Source of the DNA: an uncultured Flavobacteriaceae bacterium
GTDB lineage: Bacteria; Pseudomonadota; Alphaproteobacteria; UBA8366; Aestuariispiraceae
Direction of reading: 5' to 3'
Assembly (NCBI GenBank): GCA_964352715.1
Contig: CAYGSU010000004.1
Location: 56,888 to 120,887, forward strand
Length of the DNA stretch: 64,000 nucleotides
Below the pieces are notes generated by a model, which worked only from the letters and a program-made list of their open reading frames with translations, ran no database searches and had not been told where the DNA came from. A program made the translations under genes and the position numbers. Shown piece after piece: positions 1 to 10,446 of this stretch. Numbering within the stretch: the stretch's first letter is position 1; every line of letters begins with the position of its first letter.

Positions 1-732
1 CGAAACATCCTGCATGCCGAAGTCTTTATCGGATGTCGGGTTGTTGAATTCGGCTGCGTCAATCAGGCCGCTTTTCATGGCAGGCTGAATTTCGCCGCCC
101 GGAAGCTGCACAACAGACATTCCCATTTCCTGCAGAACATCAGCAGCCAGACCAACGGTCCGGTACTTCAGGCCCTGCATCTGCGAGCTGTCCTTGATCT
201 GCTCCTTGAACCAGCCCAGCGGCTGTGCAGGCATCGGGCCCGAGAAGAAGCCGACAAGATCAAGCTTCAGACGGTCATGCATCAGTTCGTAATACAGTTC
301 GCGACCGCCGCCGTAAGCGACCCAGCCCATCATTTCGTTCGCGGTCCAGCCAAAGCAGGGACCGGTGCCGAACAGCGAGGCGACCGGGCTTTTGGAATAC
401 CAGTATGCCGTCACCAGATGTGCGCCATCCAGAACGCCCTTGTGCACGGCGGTCTGCATTTCGGCTGTCTTGACGACAGCATCGACGCTCAGCAGATCGA
501 TTTTCATCGCGCCGCCGGCCATCTTGTTGACCCGGTTCACATAGTCCTGGGCGAATTCAAGGAAAATACCGCCGCCCCAGGCTGCCTGAACCTTCAGAAC
601 GGTCGCTGCCTTGGCGACATGCGGTGCTGCGACAGCTGCGGCTGTGGCGCCGACAGCGGCGCCGGCGGCGCCTTTCAGAAATTTCCGGCGAGCCGGCACG
701 TCATCTTTTGTTGTTACGGTGTTTTTGGCCAT
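1..732 (-). CDS. TRAP transporter solute-binding protein (DctP-type, Tat leader); C-terminal part lies outside the window
   Basis: Own minus-strand translation from ATG (730-732): MAKNTVTTKDDVPARRKFLKGAAGAAVGATAAAVAAPHVAKAATVLKVQAAWGGGIFLEFAQDY... It has a twin-arginine leader and GGAGG at 744-748. The frame is open to base 1, so it is absent from the ORF track. Confidence 0.8.
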   Translation of the reverse strand, partial: MAKNTVTTKDDVPARRKFLKGAAGAAVGATAAAVAAPHVAKAATVLKVQAAWGGGIFLEFAQDYVNRVNKMAGGAMKIDLLSVDAVVKTAEMQTAVHKGVLDGAHLVTAYWYSKSPVASLFGTGPCFGWTANEMMGWVAYGGGRELYYELMHDRLKLDLVGFFSGPMPAQPLGWFKEQIKDSSQMQGLKYRTVGLAADVLQEMGMSVVQLPGGEIQPAMKSGLIDAAEFNNPTSDKDFGMQDVS

Positions 733-1123
733 TTTTTTAGGTTCCTCCACTAAGACATGAGTCTCTGCCCTTTTCCGGGCTGTTGGTGAGAGAGTGCAAG
801 TTGTGGTTTGTTAGGCATCTCTCCCGGTTTTGCCGCTTATTTTTTTTAAACAGCATAATTATCGATTATCCCATTGTCGTGCCAAAAGTATGACCGCCGC
901 AACAAAACAAAAAGTGAAAGACTGATCGACGAGACCTGCTAACCGCGGCCGGACCAACCTGTTGTTTCGATACGCAGCACCTTTCCGCGTCAAATGAAAT
1001 AAATCACATTGGCAATACCAATTGCGCTAAATAGGTCATAAATTCCCACATAGCGCAAGGTTCACTCTACTAGCTTCTTCCGAGCAATTCATCCCTCAAA
1101 GGTAGTTTAGTGTCTGACGCTTG

Positions 1124-2098
1124 TCAGGCAACGCGATCATTCGGCTCATTGCCTGAAAAATAGGCATCCAGATTGTCGAGCGCCCGGTTCCCCATTGCAT
1201 CCCGTGTTTCACGCGTCGCGCTGCCGATATGCGGCATTAGGAAAGTATTCTTCAGATCGCGGTAGCCTGGATGAGCGTTCGGTTCGTTGTTGTAGACATC
1301 CAGACCCGCCGCAGCCAGATGGCCGGACTTCAGGGCCGAGATCACCGCTTCGTCATCGACGACAGCACCACGCGCCGTATTTATCAGAATCGCACCTTTC
1401 GGCAGCAGCGCCAACCGGTCCGCATTCATCAACCCTTTCGATTCCGGCGTCGCCGGGCAATGCAGAGACAGGAAGTCGCACTGCGGCAGCAAATCCTCGA
1501 CGGAGTCGTGAAAGACAGCGCCGGCTTCCTTCTCCGGGCTCAGGCGGCTGCGGTTGTGATAGTGGATTTCCATATCCAGACCGGCCTGTGCGCGGCGGGC
1601 GAACACCTGGCCGACCCGGCCCATGCCGATCAGACCCAGCCGCTTTCCGGTCACCTGGGTGCCGACCATGAAGGCGAGGCTCCAGTCCTTCCACGCGCCG
1701 GCCCGCATGATCGCTTCGCCTTCGCCGGCGCGCCGCGCCGCACCCAGCATCAGCAGCATCGCGATTTCTGCTGTCGCGTCACTCAGGACATCCGGCGTAT
1801 TGGTAACGACAATGCCGTGCTCCTTCGCTGCCGCCAGATCGCAATGGTCGGTACCGACAGAAATATTTGCGATGATCTTTACGGATGACGGCAGTCTGGC
1901 AATGACATCGGCGGTAAAATGTTCGGTGTGACAGCACAGGACGGCGTCTGCGCCGTCGGCCTTCTTCAAAAGGTCGTCGGTGGAATACAGTCGATCGTCG
2001 TCGTTGAGCAGCGCGGTATATGTTTCGGACACGCGTTTGCGAATATTTTCCGGCACCCGCCGCGATACCAGTACCGTCTTGTCTTTCAGCGACGTCAT
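1124..2098 (-). CDS. D-isomer-specific 2-hydroxyacid dehydrogenase (glyoxylate/hydroxypyruvate reductase-like)
   Basis: 324 aa. NAD fold GLIGMGRVGQVFARRA, then NTARGAVVDDEA and catalytic-His region MPHIGSAT. Confidence 0.85.
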   Translation of the reverse strand: MTSLKDKTVLVSRRVPENIRKRVSETYTALLNDDDRLYSTDDLLKKADGADAVLCCHTEHFTADVIARLPSSVKIIANISVGTDHCDLAAAKEHGIVVTNTPDVLSDATAEIAMLLMLGAARRAGEGEAIMRAGAWKDWSLAFMVGTQVTGKRLGLIGMGRVGQVFARRAQAGLDMEIHYHNRSRLSPEKEAGAVFHDSVEDLLPQCDFLSLHCPATPESKGLMNADRLALLPKGAILINTARGAVVDDEAVISALKSGHLAAAGLDVYNNEPNAHPGYRDLKNTFLMPHIGSATRETRDAMGNRALDNLDAYFSGNEPNDRVA

Positions 2099-2257
2099 AC
2101 CTGAATTCTCCCGTTTCTGTTATTACAGCCCTGTATTTCCGATGGTCGAACCTAAGACCGGCACCGGATCGATCAAGTAAAAAAATGCTGACCGGCGGCG
2201 ATCCCTGTGCGAGGGTTCGGCATTGCCCGATCCGGGTGCGAACGGTATATCGCCATT

Positions 2258-2926
2258 ATGCTTTTGTTGTATCACCTCTGGCTCGATCCGCATTGTCGCA
2301 AGGTTCGTCTGGTTCTCGGCGAAAAAAAGCTCGACTACGAAATGCGCGTCGAAAAGGTCTGGGAACGGCGGGCGGATTTCATCGCCCTCAATCCGGCTGG
2401 CGAGGTACCGGTGCTGATCGATGAAGACGGCACCCGGCTGGCCGGGTCACAGCCGATCTGCGAATATCTCGACGAAATGTACGGCAACGACTCCCTGATC
2501 GGTCAGGGTGCCGTGGTGCGGGCCGAGGTGCGCCGGCTGATCGACTGGTTCGACAGCAAGTTCGTTGAGGAAGTGACAGTGAATCTGGTCGATGAAAAGA
2601 TCACCAAGCGGCTGTTGGGCTTCGGCGAACCAAACAGCAAGGCGGTGCTGGCCGGCCTGCGCAACTTGCACACTCATTTGAATTACATTACCTGGCTGAT
2701 CGACCGGCGCTCGTGGCTGGGCGGTGAGGAAATGACGTTGGCCGACCTGGCCGCGGCCGGTCACCTGTCCTGTGTCGACTATCTGGGCGATATTCCATGG
2801 GAAGATTACCCGACCGCCAAGGACTGGTATGCGCGCATCAAGTCGCGCCCGAGTTTCCGGACCTTGCTGGCGGATCATATTCCCGGTGCGCCGCCGCCGT
2901 CGCACTACGCCAATCTGGATTTCTAG
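2258..2926 (+). CDS. glutathione S-transferase family protein
   Basis: Track ORF 2207..2926. The likely start is ATG 2258 (MLLLYHLWLDPHCRKVRLVLGEKKL...), giving a thioredoxin-like N-domain plus a helical C-domain. Confidence 0.75.
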   Translation: MLLLYHLWLDPHCRKVRLVLGEKKLDYEMRVEKVWERRADFIALNPAGEVPVLIDEDGTRLAGSQPICEYLDEMYGNDSLIGQGAVVRAEVRRLIDWFDSKFVEEVTVNLVDEKITKRLLGFGEPNSKAVLAGLRNLHTHLNYITWLIDRRSWLGGEEMTLADLAAAGHLSCVDYLGDIPWEDYPTAKDWYARIKSRPSFRTLLADHIPGAPPPSHYANLDF

Positions 2927-2933
2927 GTCGGCC

Positions 2934-3716
2934 CTATTCGCCCTTGTTGACATCCATGGTTTCGAGATTCCGCTGCGCGTGGTCGGCCGCCGGACGCCCC
3001 TGATGCATTTCGACAAGATGCAGCCAGTCCTTGCGGGCGTCGTCGTCGCGCCCCATCAGGCGATAGATGTTGCCGCGTTCCAGCAAGGCTTCCGGATAAT
3101 CCGGGTCGATTTCGAGCGCGCGGGTCGCGTCGTCCAGCGCCAGCTCCAGCGTATCGACATAGCGGTAGGCGCTGGCCCGCAGGGTCAGGGTTTCGGGACG
3201 GTCGGGCGACACGTCGATGGCCTTGTTCAGATCGTCGATCGCTTCCCAGTACTTGCCACTGAGAAACAGAACAGTAGCCCTGTCGGTCAGAATATCCGGG
3301 TTGGCCGGCGACAGGGCGAGGGCGGATGTCAGCGCGCCATAGGCCCGCGACAGATCGTTCGCCTCCATCCAGGCCAGACCCGCATGAGCGAGAATTTCCG
3401 CAGCGATGCCGGGCGGCGTGTCGTCGGGCAGCGATGTGCTGAGCTTTTCAAGCCGTGTCGCCGCTTCCGGAAACATGCCGAGATTGATCAGGGCGATCGC
3501 CCCGCAATGCAATGCTGCCGGTCCGCCGCCGCCATCGGCCCAGGCCAGCGATTGCTCGAACGCCGCCGATGGTTCCGTGCGCGCCAGATGAATACAGATC
3601 TGGTATTCCCGCTGCTGCAGAAATTCAGGAGCCGATTGCTGCGCCAGGCCTTGACCGGAGGTCATTGCAATACATAAGAAACCTGTCGCGATAGCCGTTT
3701 TCTTCATCGTACCCAT
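2934..3716 (-). CDS. secreted tetratricopeptide-repeat protein
   Basis: Signal-like N-terminus MGTMKKTAIATGFLCIAMTSGQGLA followed by repeated TPR-like helices. The start is uncertain (3716 or 3707). Confidence 0.65.
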   Translation of the reverse strand: MGTMKKTAIATGFLCIAMTSGQGLAQQSAPEFLQQREYQICIHLARTEPSAAFEQSLAWADGGGGPAALHCGAIALINLGMFPEAATRLEKLSTSLPDDTPPGIAAEILAHAGLAWMEANDLSRAYGALTSALALSPANPDILTDRATVLFLSGKYWEAIDDLNKAIDVSPDRPETLTLRASAYRYVDTLELALDDATRALEIDPDYPEALLERGNIYRLMGRDDDARKDWLHLVEMHQGRPAADHAQRNLETMDVNKGE

Positions 3717-3774
3717 GCTTAAGAATACCGCTCCTGCAGTGCAAGACATCGTTTAAGAACAGGAATATGGAACC

Positions 3775-4641
3775 GTGAGTAAAAATATCCTCTTTTGTTT
3801 TGGCTTTGGTTATTCGGCGCAGGCGCTGGCTGCGCGCCTGATCGATCGTGGCTGGTCGATTCGGGGAACCTGCCGGTCTCCGGAAAAAGCCGCCAGGCTT
3901 AAAGAGCAAGGTATCGATCCGTTTCTGTTCGATCGCGATACTCCATTGATCGACGCGCAGGCCGCGCTTTCCGGGGTTACGCATCTGCTGTCATCCGTGC
4001 CGCCCGACGATCTCGGCGATCCGGTTCTGGACAACCATGCGGCGGATATCGCAGCGATCGACCAGCTTGACTGGGTCGGTTACCTGTCGACCACCGGTGT
4101 TTACGGCGACCGGGACGGCGACTGGGTGGATGAAACGTCGCCGCGCGAACCGACGGGCGAACGCGGTCAGCGGCGGGTCGATGCAGAGGATGACTGGCTG
4201 AAGCTTTGGGAAGCGATGGGCGTGCCGGTGCACCTGTTTCGCCTGGCCGGCATCTACGGGCCGGGCCGCAATGCCATCGAAACTGTAAAATCCGGCAAGG
4301 CGCGCCGCGTCGACAAACCCGGTCAGGTGTTCAGCCGTATTCATGTCGATGATATCGCCGCAATTCTCGACGGCTCCATCAACCGGCCGGACCCGGGCGC
4401 CGCCTACAATTGCTGCGACGACAACCCGGCCCCTCCGTCCGAGGTCATCGAATACGCCTGCCGGCTGCTGGGGCAGGAACCGCCGCCGGCCATTCCCTTC
4501 GACGAAGCGGAGCTGTCGCCGATGGCGCGCAGTTTCTATCGCGACAACAAGCGCGTTTCGAACGAACGGATCAAAACCGATCTGGGGGTTACGCTGACAT
4601 GGCCGGATTACCGGTCTGCCCTCAAGGCGCTGATGGACTGA
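3775..4641 (+). CDS. SDR / NAD-dependent epimerase-dehydratase family protein
   Basis: 288 aa with N-terminal Rossmann motif FCFGFGYSAQAL. GTG start. Confidence 0.7.
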   Translation: MSKNILFCFGFGYSAQALAARLIDRGWSIRGTCRSPEKAARLKEQGIDPFLFDRDTPLIDAQAALSGVTHLLSSVPPDDLGDPVLDNHAADIAAIDQLDWVGYLSTTGVYGDRDGDWVDETSPREPTGERGQRRVDAEDDWLKLWEAMGVPVHLFRLAGIYGPGRNAIETVKSGKARRVDKPGQVFSRIHVDDIAAILDGSINRPDPGAAYNCCDDNPAPPSEVIEYACRLLGQEPPPAIPFDEAELSPMARSFYRDNKRVSNERIKTDLGVTLTWPDYRSALKALMD

Positions 4642-5419
4642 CGATTTCCAGCATTTCATCGACCCGGCGGCACAGATGGGCCAGATCGCGTTCGGTCGAC
4701 AGGCGATGGTCGCCGCCCTTGATCACCTCGACAACAAGGTCATCGCTGTCCAGCGCGGCTGCCGCCCGGAAACCATGCGATAGCGGCACATCCGGATCGG
4801 CATCGCCATGCAGAATGCGAACCGGCCCCCGCACCGGAATCGATGGCCCACCCAGCACAGCATGATCTCGTGATTCATCGAGGAACCGACGGGTGATCGG
4901 GTAGGCCGTCTCGCCATAGTCCGACGGCAGGTCGCACTGACCCCGGCGTTGCAGGTCATGACGGTGTTCCGGCGACAGTGACGGTTCGATGAGTTCAGCC
5001 GGAAAGTCCGGCGCCGGGGCAAGCAGGATCAGGCCGGCGATACGCTCGGGGCGGTCACGCGCCAGCATCATCGCCATCCATCCGCCCATCGATGACCCGA
5101 TGACAATCTGCGGCCCGTCGGTGATGTCGTCGAAAACGGCCAGACAATCGGCATACCAGTCACCGATCGTGCCGTCTTCGAATCGGCCGCCGGATGATCC
5201 GTGGCCGCTGTAATCGAACCGCGTGAAATCGCATTGCCGGTGTGTCAGATGGGTATCCAGTCTGCTCGCCTTGGTGCCGGTCATGTCTGAATGAAATCCG
5301 CCGCAGAACAGAATGCCGGGCGTACCCCGAGCCGCGCCGAAGCGGGTTTTCAGGCAGGCGATCGTTGCTGGCTGTTGACCTTCGACAAGACGCTTTTGGA
5401 AGATTTGCTTGCGTTCCAT
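4622..5419 (-). CDS. alpha/beta hydrolase
   Basis: 265 aa with nucleophile elbow GSSMGG. It converges on the previous gene with a 20-nt 3' overlap. Confidence 0.75.
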   Translation of the reverse strand: MERKQIFQKRLVEGQQPATIACLKTRFGAARGTPGILFCGGFHSDMTGTKASRLDTHLTHRQCDFTRFDYSGHGSSGGRFEDGTIGDWYADCLAVFDDITDGPQIVIGSSMGGWMAMMLARDRPERIAGLILLAPAPDFPAELIEPSLSPEHRHDLQRRGQCDLPSDYGETAYPITRRFLDESRDHAVLGGPSIPVRGPVRILHGDADPDVPLSHGFRAAAALDSDDLVVEVIKGGDHRLSTERDLAHLCRRVDEMLEIVSPSAP

Positions 5420-5507
5420 ATATGATTCCGCTGTAACCGTCGCTCATGAAGCTTCCGGGTCCGGCGACTGTGTCGGGCCCGAACCAGTAGGGTATCGTGC
5501 AGCGGCC

Positions 5508-6695
5508 ATGAATGACACGGTGAATCAATCCATCCGTCCGGCTATCGTGCAGGTTTTACCCGCGCTGGTAACAGGCGGCGCGGAACGCGGCGCGATTGAC
5601 GTCGCCGTTGCATCGCTGGAGGCCGGCCTGCAATCGATTGTGATATCGTCGGGCGGGCCGATGGCGCGGGAGTTGTCGCGTGCCGGCGCGACACATGTCG
5701 AACTGCCTGTAGATTCGAAAAATCCGGTTACCATCCGGCGCAATATCAAGCGGATACAGGAAGCTATTCGCCAGCATACCGGCACGGAGTCCGGCCCCGT
5801 ACCCGGCATCGTCCATGCCCGCAGCAGGGCGCCGGCCTGGAGCGCGATTCACGCGGCGAGAGGGCTCGGCATGCGGTTCGTGACAACGTTTCACGCCACT
5901 TACAATTACAACAGCCCGGTCAAGAAGGCCTATAATGCGGTCATGACCAAGGGTGAACGCGTCATCGCGATAAGCAATTTTATCCGCGACCACATGATGA
6001 ACGACTACCAGACTGAATGGGCGCGGATCAGGGTAATTCACCGCGGTATCGATACCGGTATGTTTCATCCCGAAAAGGTCGGTGTCGAGCGCGTCGTGAA
6101 GCTGGCGACCGACTGGCGGCTGCCCGATGGCGTGCCGGTTGTCATGCTGCCGGGCCGCCTGACCCGGTGGAAGGGGCAGATCCTTCTGTTGCGCGCCCTG
6201 GCGAAGGTGAAAGACCGACCGTATCGCTGCCTGCTGGTCGGGTCGGACCAGGGTCGCACCGCCTACCGCGCCGAACTGGAACGCGAAGCTGCATCGTTGG
6301 GTATCGCCGGCCGGGTTCATATCGTCGACGACTGCCGCGACATGCCGGCCGCCTACATGCTGGCCGATGTCGTGGTTTCAGCGTCTACTGACCCCGAGGC
6401 TTTTGGCCGGGTTGCGGTTGAAGGCCAGGCAATGGGAAGGCCGGTGATCGCACCAAACCATGGCGCTGCACCCGAACAGGTGACCCACGGCGTCACCGGC
6501 TTTCTCTTCGATCCCGGCAATGAAGACTCGCTGGCAGCGGAGCTGGGCGAGGCGTTGGCGCTGGGCCCGGAAGAACGGGACCGGCTGCGCGCGGTCGGAA
6601 TCGCCAATGTCGCCGAGAATTTCACCAAGGAAGTGATGTGCGGTAAAACTCTGGAAGTGTACCGGGAAATTCTGGACCGGCACCATATCGCATGA
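5508..6695 (+). CDS. glycosyltransferase family 4 (LPS core-type)
   Basis: Track ORF 5409..6695. The likely start is ATG 5508 (MNDTVNQSIRPAIVQVLPALVTGGAERG). The C-terminal region has the GT-B sequence GRVAVEGQAMGRPVIAPNHGAAPEQV. Confidence 0.8.
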   Translation: MNDTVNQSIRPAIVQVLPALVTGGAERGAIDVAVASLEAGLQSIVISSGGPMARELSRAGATHVELPVDSKNPVTIRRNIKRIQEAIRQHTGTESGPVPGIVHARSRAPAWSAIHAARGLGMRFVTTFHATYNYNSPVKKAYNAVMTKGERVIAISNFIRDHMMNDYQTEWARIRVIHRGIDTGMFHPEKVGVERVVKLATDWRLPDGVPVVMLPGRLTRWKGQILLLRALAKVKDRPYRCLLVGSDQGRTAYRAELEREAASLGIAGRVHIVDDCRDMPAAYMLADVVVSASTDPEAFGRVAVEGQAMGRPVIAPNHGAAPEQVTHGVTGFLFDPGNEDSLAAELGEALALGPEERDRLRAVGIANVAENFTKEVMCGKTLEVYREILDRHHIA

Positions 6696-7651
6696 CCGGG
6701 TCGGGTCAGCCGAAGCAATCGGTCCCCGCAGACCGAATTCTGGTTATCAAGCTTGGAGCGCTGGGCGATTTCATCCAGGCGTTCGGCCCGTTCCAGGCAA
6801 TCAGACAGACCTATCCCGATGCGCGCATCTGCCTGCTGACGACGCCGCCATTCGAGAAACTGGCGCAGCAGTCCGGCTGGTTCGACAAGGTCCTGCTGGA
6901 CCACCGGCCGCGTCTGACTGACATCGCCGGCGTTCTGGATCTGCGCCGTCGCCTGATGCGGGAACGGTTCGATCTTGTTGTCGATCTGCAGACGTCCGGC
7001 AGAAGCAGCGCCTATCGCAGGCTGATCTGGCCGCAGACGCCGCTTTGGTCGGGCATCGCCACCGGGGCGTCGCATCGTCACGAAAATCCCCGCCGGGATG
7101 CAATGCATACGATCGACCGGCAGACGGAACAGTTGGCAATGCTCGGTATCGTGCCTGAAAAAAGGGTTTCGATGCAGTGGCTGACGGCGACGCCGCCGTC
7201 TTTCGCCGGATTGACCGACCGGTTCGCCCTGTTGTTGCCGGGGGGCGCGGCGCACCGGCCGGAAAAGCGCTGGCCGGCCGAAAACTATGCAGACCTTGCG
7301 AAATTGCTGATCGCAAAGGGCGTGCAGCCGGTGGTTCTCGGCACCGAGACCGAGGCACGGGAAGCGAAGACCATCGTGTCTGCCTGTCCGGAAGCGCTCA
7401 GCCTGATCAGCAAGACCGGTCTGCCGGAGCTGGCCGCCCTGGCGACGCGGGCGACGCTGGCCGTCGGTAACGATACCGGGCCGATGCATCTGGCGGCTGT
7501 CTGTGGCTGTCCAAGTGTCGTAATTTTCTCGCATGCGTCCGATCCGGCGCTCTGCGGACAGCGCGGGCCGCATGTCGCCATTCTGCGAAACGAACGGATT
7601 ACGGCGGTTTCCGTGCAACAGGTCGTTGAAGCGGCGGAAGGCTTAGGCTAA
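6692..7651 (+). CDS. glycosyltransferase family 9 (heptosyltransferase-like)
   Basis: 319 aa with signature GNDTGPMHLAA. The ATGA overlap with the upstream GT4 gene suggests translational coupling. Confidence 0.8.
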   Translation: MTGSGQPKQSVPADRILVIKLGALGDFIQAFGPFQAIRQTYPDARICLLTTPPFEKLAQQSGWFDKVLLDHRPRLTDIAGVLDLRRRLMRERFDLVVDLQTSGRSSAYRRLIWPQTPLWSGIATGASHRHENPRRDAMHTIDRQTEQLAMLGIVPEKRVSMQWLTATPPSFAGLTDRFALLLPGGAAHRPEKRWPAENYADLAKLLIAKGVQPVVLGTETEAREAKTIVSACPEALSLISKTGLPELAALATRATLAVGNDTGPMHLAAVCGCPSVVIFSHASDPALCGQRGPHVAILRNERITAVSVQQVVEAAEGLG

Positions 7652-7696
7652 ACATCCGCCTCGCATTCGTAACGCATGTAACCAAGGATCGAGAGA

Positions 7697-9676
7697 ATGG
7701 TCGCTATTTCACTGCCCGACGGAACCACCCGCACCTATGACGGCGCGGTGACGGGCACGACGATTGCCGCCGATATCGGTCCGGGTCTGGCCAAGGCCGC
7801 CATGGTGGTCAAGGTCAACGGCGAATTGTGGGACATGGCGCGGCCTATCGAGGCCGACGCCAAGGTCGAGATCGTCACGGCGAAATCCGATGAATCGCTG
7901 GAAATCATTCGGCACGACGCCGCGCATGTTCTGGCGCAGGCGGTGCAGGAACTGTTTCCCGGCACGCAGATCACCTTCGGTCCATCGACCGAAGACGGGT
8001 TCTATTACGATTTCTATCGTGAAGAACCGTTTTCAACGGACGATTTCGAGAAGATCGAAGCCCGGATGCGCGACATCGTCGATCGCGACGACCCGATCAC
8101 CCGAGAAGTATGGGAGCGGGCGGATGCGGTCGAATATTTCGGCGAGATCGGCGAAACCTTCAAGGCGGAATGGGTCGATGAACTGCCGGCGGACGGCGAC
8201 ATCACGATCTACCGCCAGGGCGAAAGCTGGCTCGACCTTTGCCGTGGGCCGCATCTGGAATCGACGGGCAAGCTGCCGAAAGCCTTCAAGCTGATGAAGC
8301 TGGCCGGCGCCTACTGGCGCGGCGACCCGAAGAACCCGCAGCTTCAGCGCATGTACGGCACGGCCTGGCGGAATGAAAAAGAGCTGAAGGCCTATCTGGT
8401 TCGTCTGGAAGAAGCCGAAAAACGCGACCATCGACGCGTCGGACGCGAGCTGGACCTGTTCCATATGCAGGAAGAGGCGATGGGGTCGGTGTTCTGGCAT
8501 CCGAAGGGCTGGACGGTCTATCGGCTGGCCGAACGTTACATGCGTCAGCGCCTTGAGCAGGCAGATTATGTCGAGGTCAAAACGCCGCAGCTTGTCGACC
8601 GGGTGCTGTGGGAACGGTCGGGACACTGGGAAAAATTCCGCGAGCACATGTTCGTGGCGGAAGTGGATGAAACGGTAGTCGATCAGCCCGGCGATGAAAC
8701 TCAGCATGCCTATAACCGCCGAATGCTGGCACTGAAGCCCATGAACTGCCCGGGCCATGTCCAGATTTTCCGGCAGGGCATCAAGAGTTATCGCGATCTG
8801 CCATTGCGGATGGCGGAATTCGGATCATGCCATCGCTATGAACCATCCGGCGCTTTGCACGGGCTGATGCGGGTGCGCGCTTTCACGCAGGACGACGCGC
8901 ATATTTTCTGCACCGAAGACCAGATCGAATCGGAAACCAAGGAATTCATCGACCTGTTGATGTCGATCTACAGGGATTTCGGGTTCGAGGATGTCGCCGT
9001 CAAGTTTTCCGACCGGCCCGATATTCGCGCCGGCGAGGATCATGTCTGGGACAAGGCCGAAAAGGCGCTGATGGATGCGACCAGGGCGGCCGGAACGGAA
9101 ATGACGCTGAACCCCGGAGAAGGCGCGTTCTACGGGCCGAAGCTTGAATTCGTGCTGCGCGATGCAATTGGTCGTGACTGGCAGTGCGGTACCCTGCAGG
9201 TGGATTTCGTTCTGCCGGAACGGCTGGATGCGACCTACATCGGCGAAGATGGTGCGCGCCACCGGCCGGTCATGTTGCACCGGGCGATCCTCGGGTCGTT
9301 TGAACGGTTCATGGGTATTCTGATCGAACAGTATGCCGGCAAGTTTCCGATGTGGCTGGCGCCGGTGCAGGCCGTTGTCGCCACGATCACGTCTGATGCC
9401 GACGATTATGCCGAACAGGTTGCTGCTGCGGCGCGGGCCGCCGGGCTGCGGGTCGAAGCCGATCTTCGCAACGAAAAGATCAACTACAAGGTTCGCGAGC
9501 ACAGCCACATGAAAGTGCCGGTAATGCTGGTTGTCGGTAAACGTGAGGCGGATGAGCAAACGGTCGCGCTGCGTCGCCTGGGCGGAAAGGATCAGGAGAT
9601 TCTTGCACTGGACGATGCGATTGCGGCATTATCTGCTGAATCCGTGTTGCCGGGCAGCGAACCGCCTCTTAAGTGA
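7697..9676 (+). CDS. thrS: threonine--tRNA ligase
   Basis: 659 aa. TGS-like N-terminus, class II core including [11 protein letters not shown], and a C-terminal anticodon-binding domain. Confidence 0.95.
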   Translation: MVAISLPDGTTRTYDGAVTGTTIAADIGPGLAKAAMVVKVNGELWDMARPIEADAKVEIVTAKSDESLEIIRHDAAHVLAQAVQELFPGTQITFGPSTEDGFYYDFYREEPFSTDDFEKIEARMRDIVDRDDPITREVWERADAVEYFGEIGETFKAEWVDELPADGDITIYRQGESWLDLCRGPHLESTGKLPKAFKLMKLAGAYWRGDPKNPQLQRMYGTAWRNEKELKAYLVRLEEAEKRDHRRVGRELDLFHMQEEAMGSVFWHPKGWTVYRLAERYMRQRLEQADYVEVKTPQLVDRVLWERSGHWEKFREHMFVAEVDETVVDQPGDETQHAYNRRMLALKPMNCPGHVQIFRQGIKSYRDLPLRMAEFGSCHRYEPSGALHGLMRVRAFTQDDAHIFCTEDQIESETKEFIDLLMSIYRDFGFEDVAVKFSDRPDIRAGEDHVWDKAEKALMDATRAAGTEMTLNPGEGAFYGPKLEFVLRDAIGRDWQCGTLQVDFVLPERLDATYIGEDGARHRPVMLHRAILGSFERFMGILIEQYAGKFPMWLAPVQAVVATITSDADDYAEQVAAAARAAGLRVEADLRNEKINYKVREHSHMKVPVMLVVGKREADEQTVALRRLGGKDQEILALDDAIAALSAESVLPGSEPPLK

Positions 9677-9725
9677 AGGTCTGCTGGACGCGGACCCCTT
9701 AGTGCGTCTAGGGTTAGCCGGCAGT

Positions 9726-9761
9726 TGAACCAGAAAAGACAACTGAACCAGAGAAGACAAC
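9726..9761 (+). repeat. tandem 18-nt direct repeat in the infC leader
   Basis: TGAACCAGAAAAGACAAC (9726-9743) is followed directly by TGAACCAGAGAAGACAAC (9744-9761), with one mismatch. Confidence 0.85.
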
Positions 9762-9803
9762 GACAGTTTTGAATTACAGGGCGACAGCCCTCAGGAGGAC
9801 ACA

Positions 9804-10340
9804 ATAAGAAGACCCCAATTTGCTCCGCCGCCTGCAAAGGACGGCCCGCGCGTTAACGAGGAGATCGACGTCAAAGAAGTCCGTCTCATCGATCATACCG
9901 GCGACAATGTCGGTGTCGTAACCATACAGGACGCGCTTGACCGCGCGGTTGCGGCTGAACTCGATCTTGTCGAGATTTCGCCCAATGCCTCGCCGCCGGT
10001 CTGTAAGATTCTCGATTACGGCAAGTACAAGTATGAAGCGCAGAAGCGAAAGAACGAAGCGCGGAAGAAACAGAAGATCATCGAGGTCAAGGAAATCAAA
10101 TTCCGCCCGAATATCGAACAGCATGACTATGACGTCAAAATGCGGTCGGTGAACAAGTTCATCGACGAAGGCGACAAGGTCAAAGTCACGCTGCGGTTCC
10201 GGGGGCGCGAAATGGCGCACCAGGAACTGGGTCTCGATGTGCTGTTGCGCGTAAAGGACGACATGGACGAGAAGGCCAAGGTCGAACAGATGCCGTCGAT
10301 GGAAGGCCGCCAGATGACAATGGTTCTGGCCCCCCGTTAG
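9804..10340 (+). CDS. infC: translation initiation factor IF-3 with a non-canonical ATA start
   Basis: Own translation from ATA 9804: (I/M)[38 protein letters not shown]...[16 protein letters not shown]... It joins track ORF 10140..10340. AGGAGG at 9793-9798 lies 5 nt upstream, and there is no in-frame ATG/GTG/TTG near the N-terminus. Confidence 0.88.
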   Translation: MRRPQFAPPPAKDGPRVNEEIDVKEVRLIDHTGDNVGVVTIQDALDRAVAAELDLVEISPNASPPVCKILDYGKYKYEAQKRKNEARKKQKIIEVKEIKFRPNIEQHDYDVKMRSVNKFIDEGDKVKVTLRFRGREMAHQELGLDVLLRVKDDMDEKAKVEQMPSMEGRQMTMVLAPR

Positions 10341-10368
10341 ACCGGATAATCGGGAATACCTGAACCTG

Positions 10369-10405
10369 GCCGGTGTCGATTCCACTCGACGCCGGCTTTG
10401 TCTTT
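10369..10405 (+). terminator. rho-independent terminator after infC
   Basis: Stem GCCGGTGTCGA / TCGACGCCGGC (one G-U pair), loop TTCCAC, then TTTGTCTTT. Confidence 0.7.
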
Positions 10406-10446
10406 GGGCATAACGATTCCTGGTCACTTTGGGGGAAGGCCGGAAA

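Noticed and set aside
225-753. Plus-strand ORFs of 82 and 158 aa at the left edge
   Set aside because: They are antisense to a clearly recognisable TRAP binding-protein gene, have Arg/Ser/Pro-rich junk composition and lack an RBS.
1010-1026. Sigma54-like motif TGGCAATACCAATTGCG on the plus strand
   Set aside because: The GG-to-GC spacing is 11 nt rather than the required 10. It also points at the 3' end of a minus-strand gene, so there is nothing for it to transcribe.
6353-7618. 421-aa minus-strand ORF
   Set aside because: It is antisense to the GT4 and GT9 genes, which carry clear family signatures, and is Arg/Pro/Gly-rich, as is typical of high-GC shadow ORFs.
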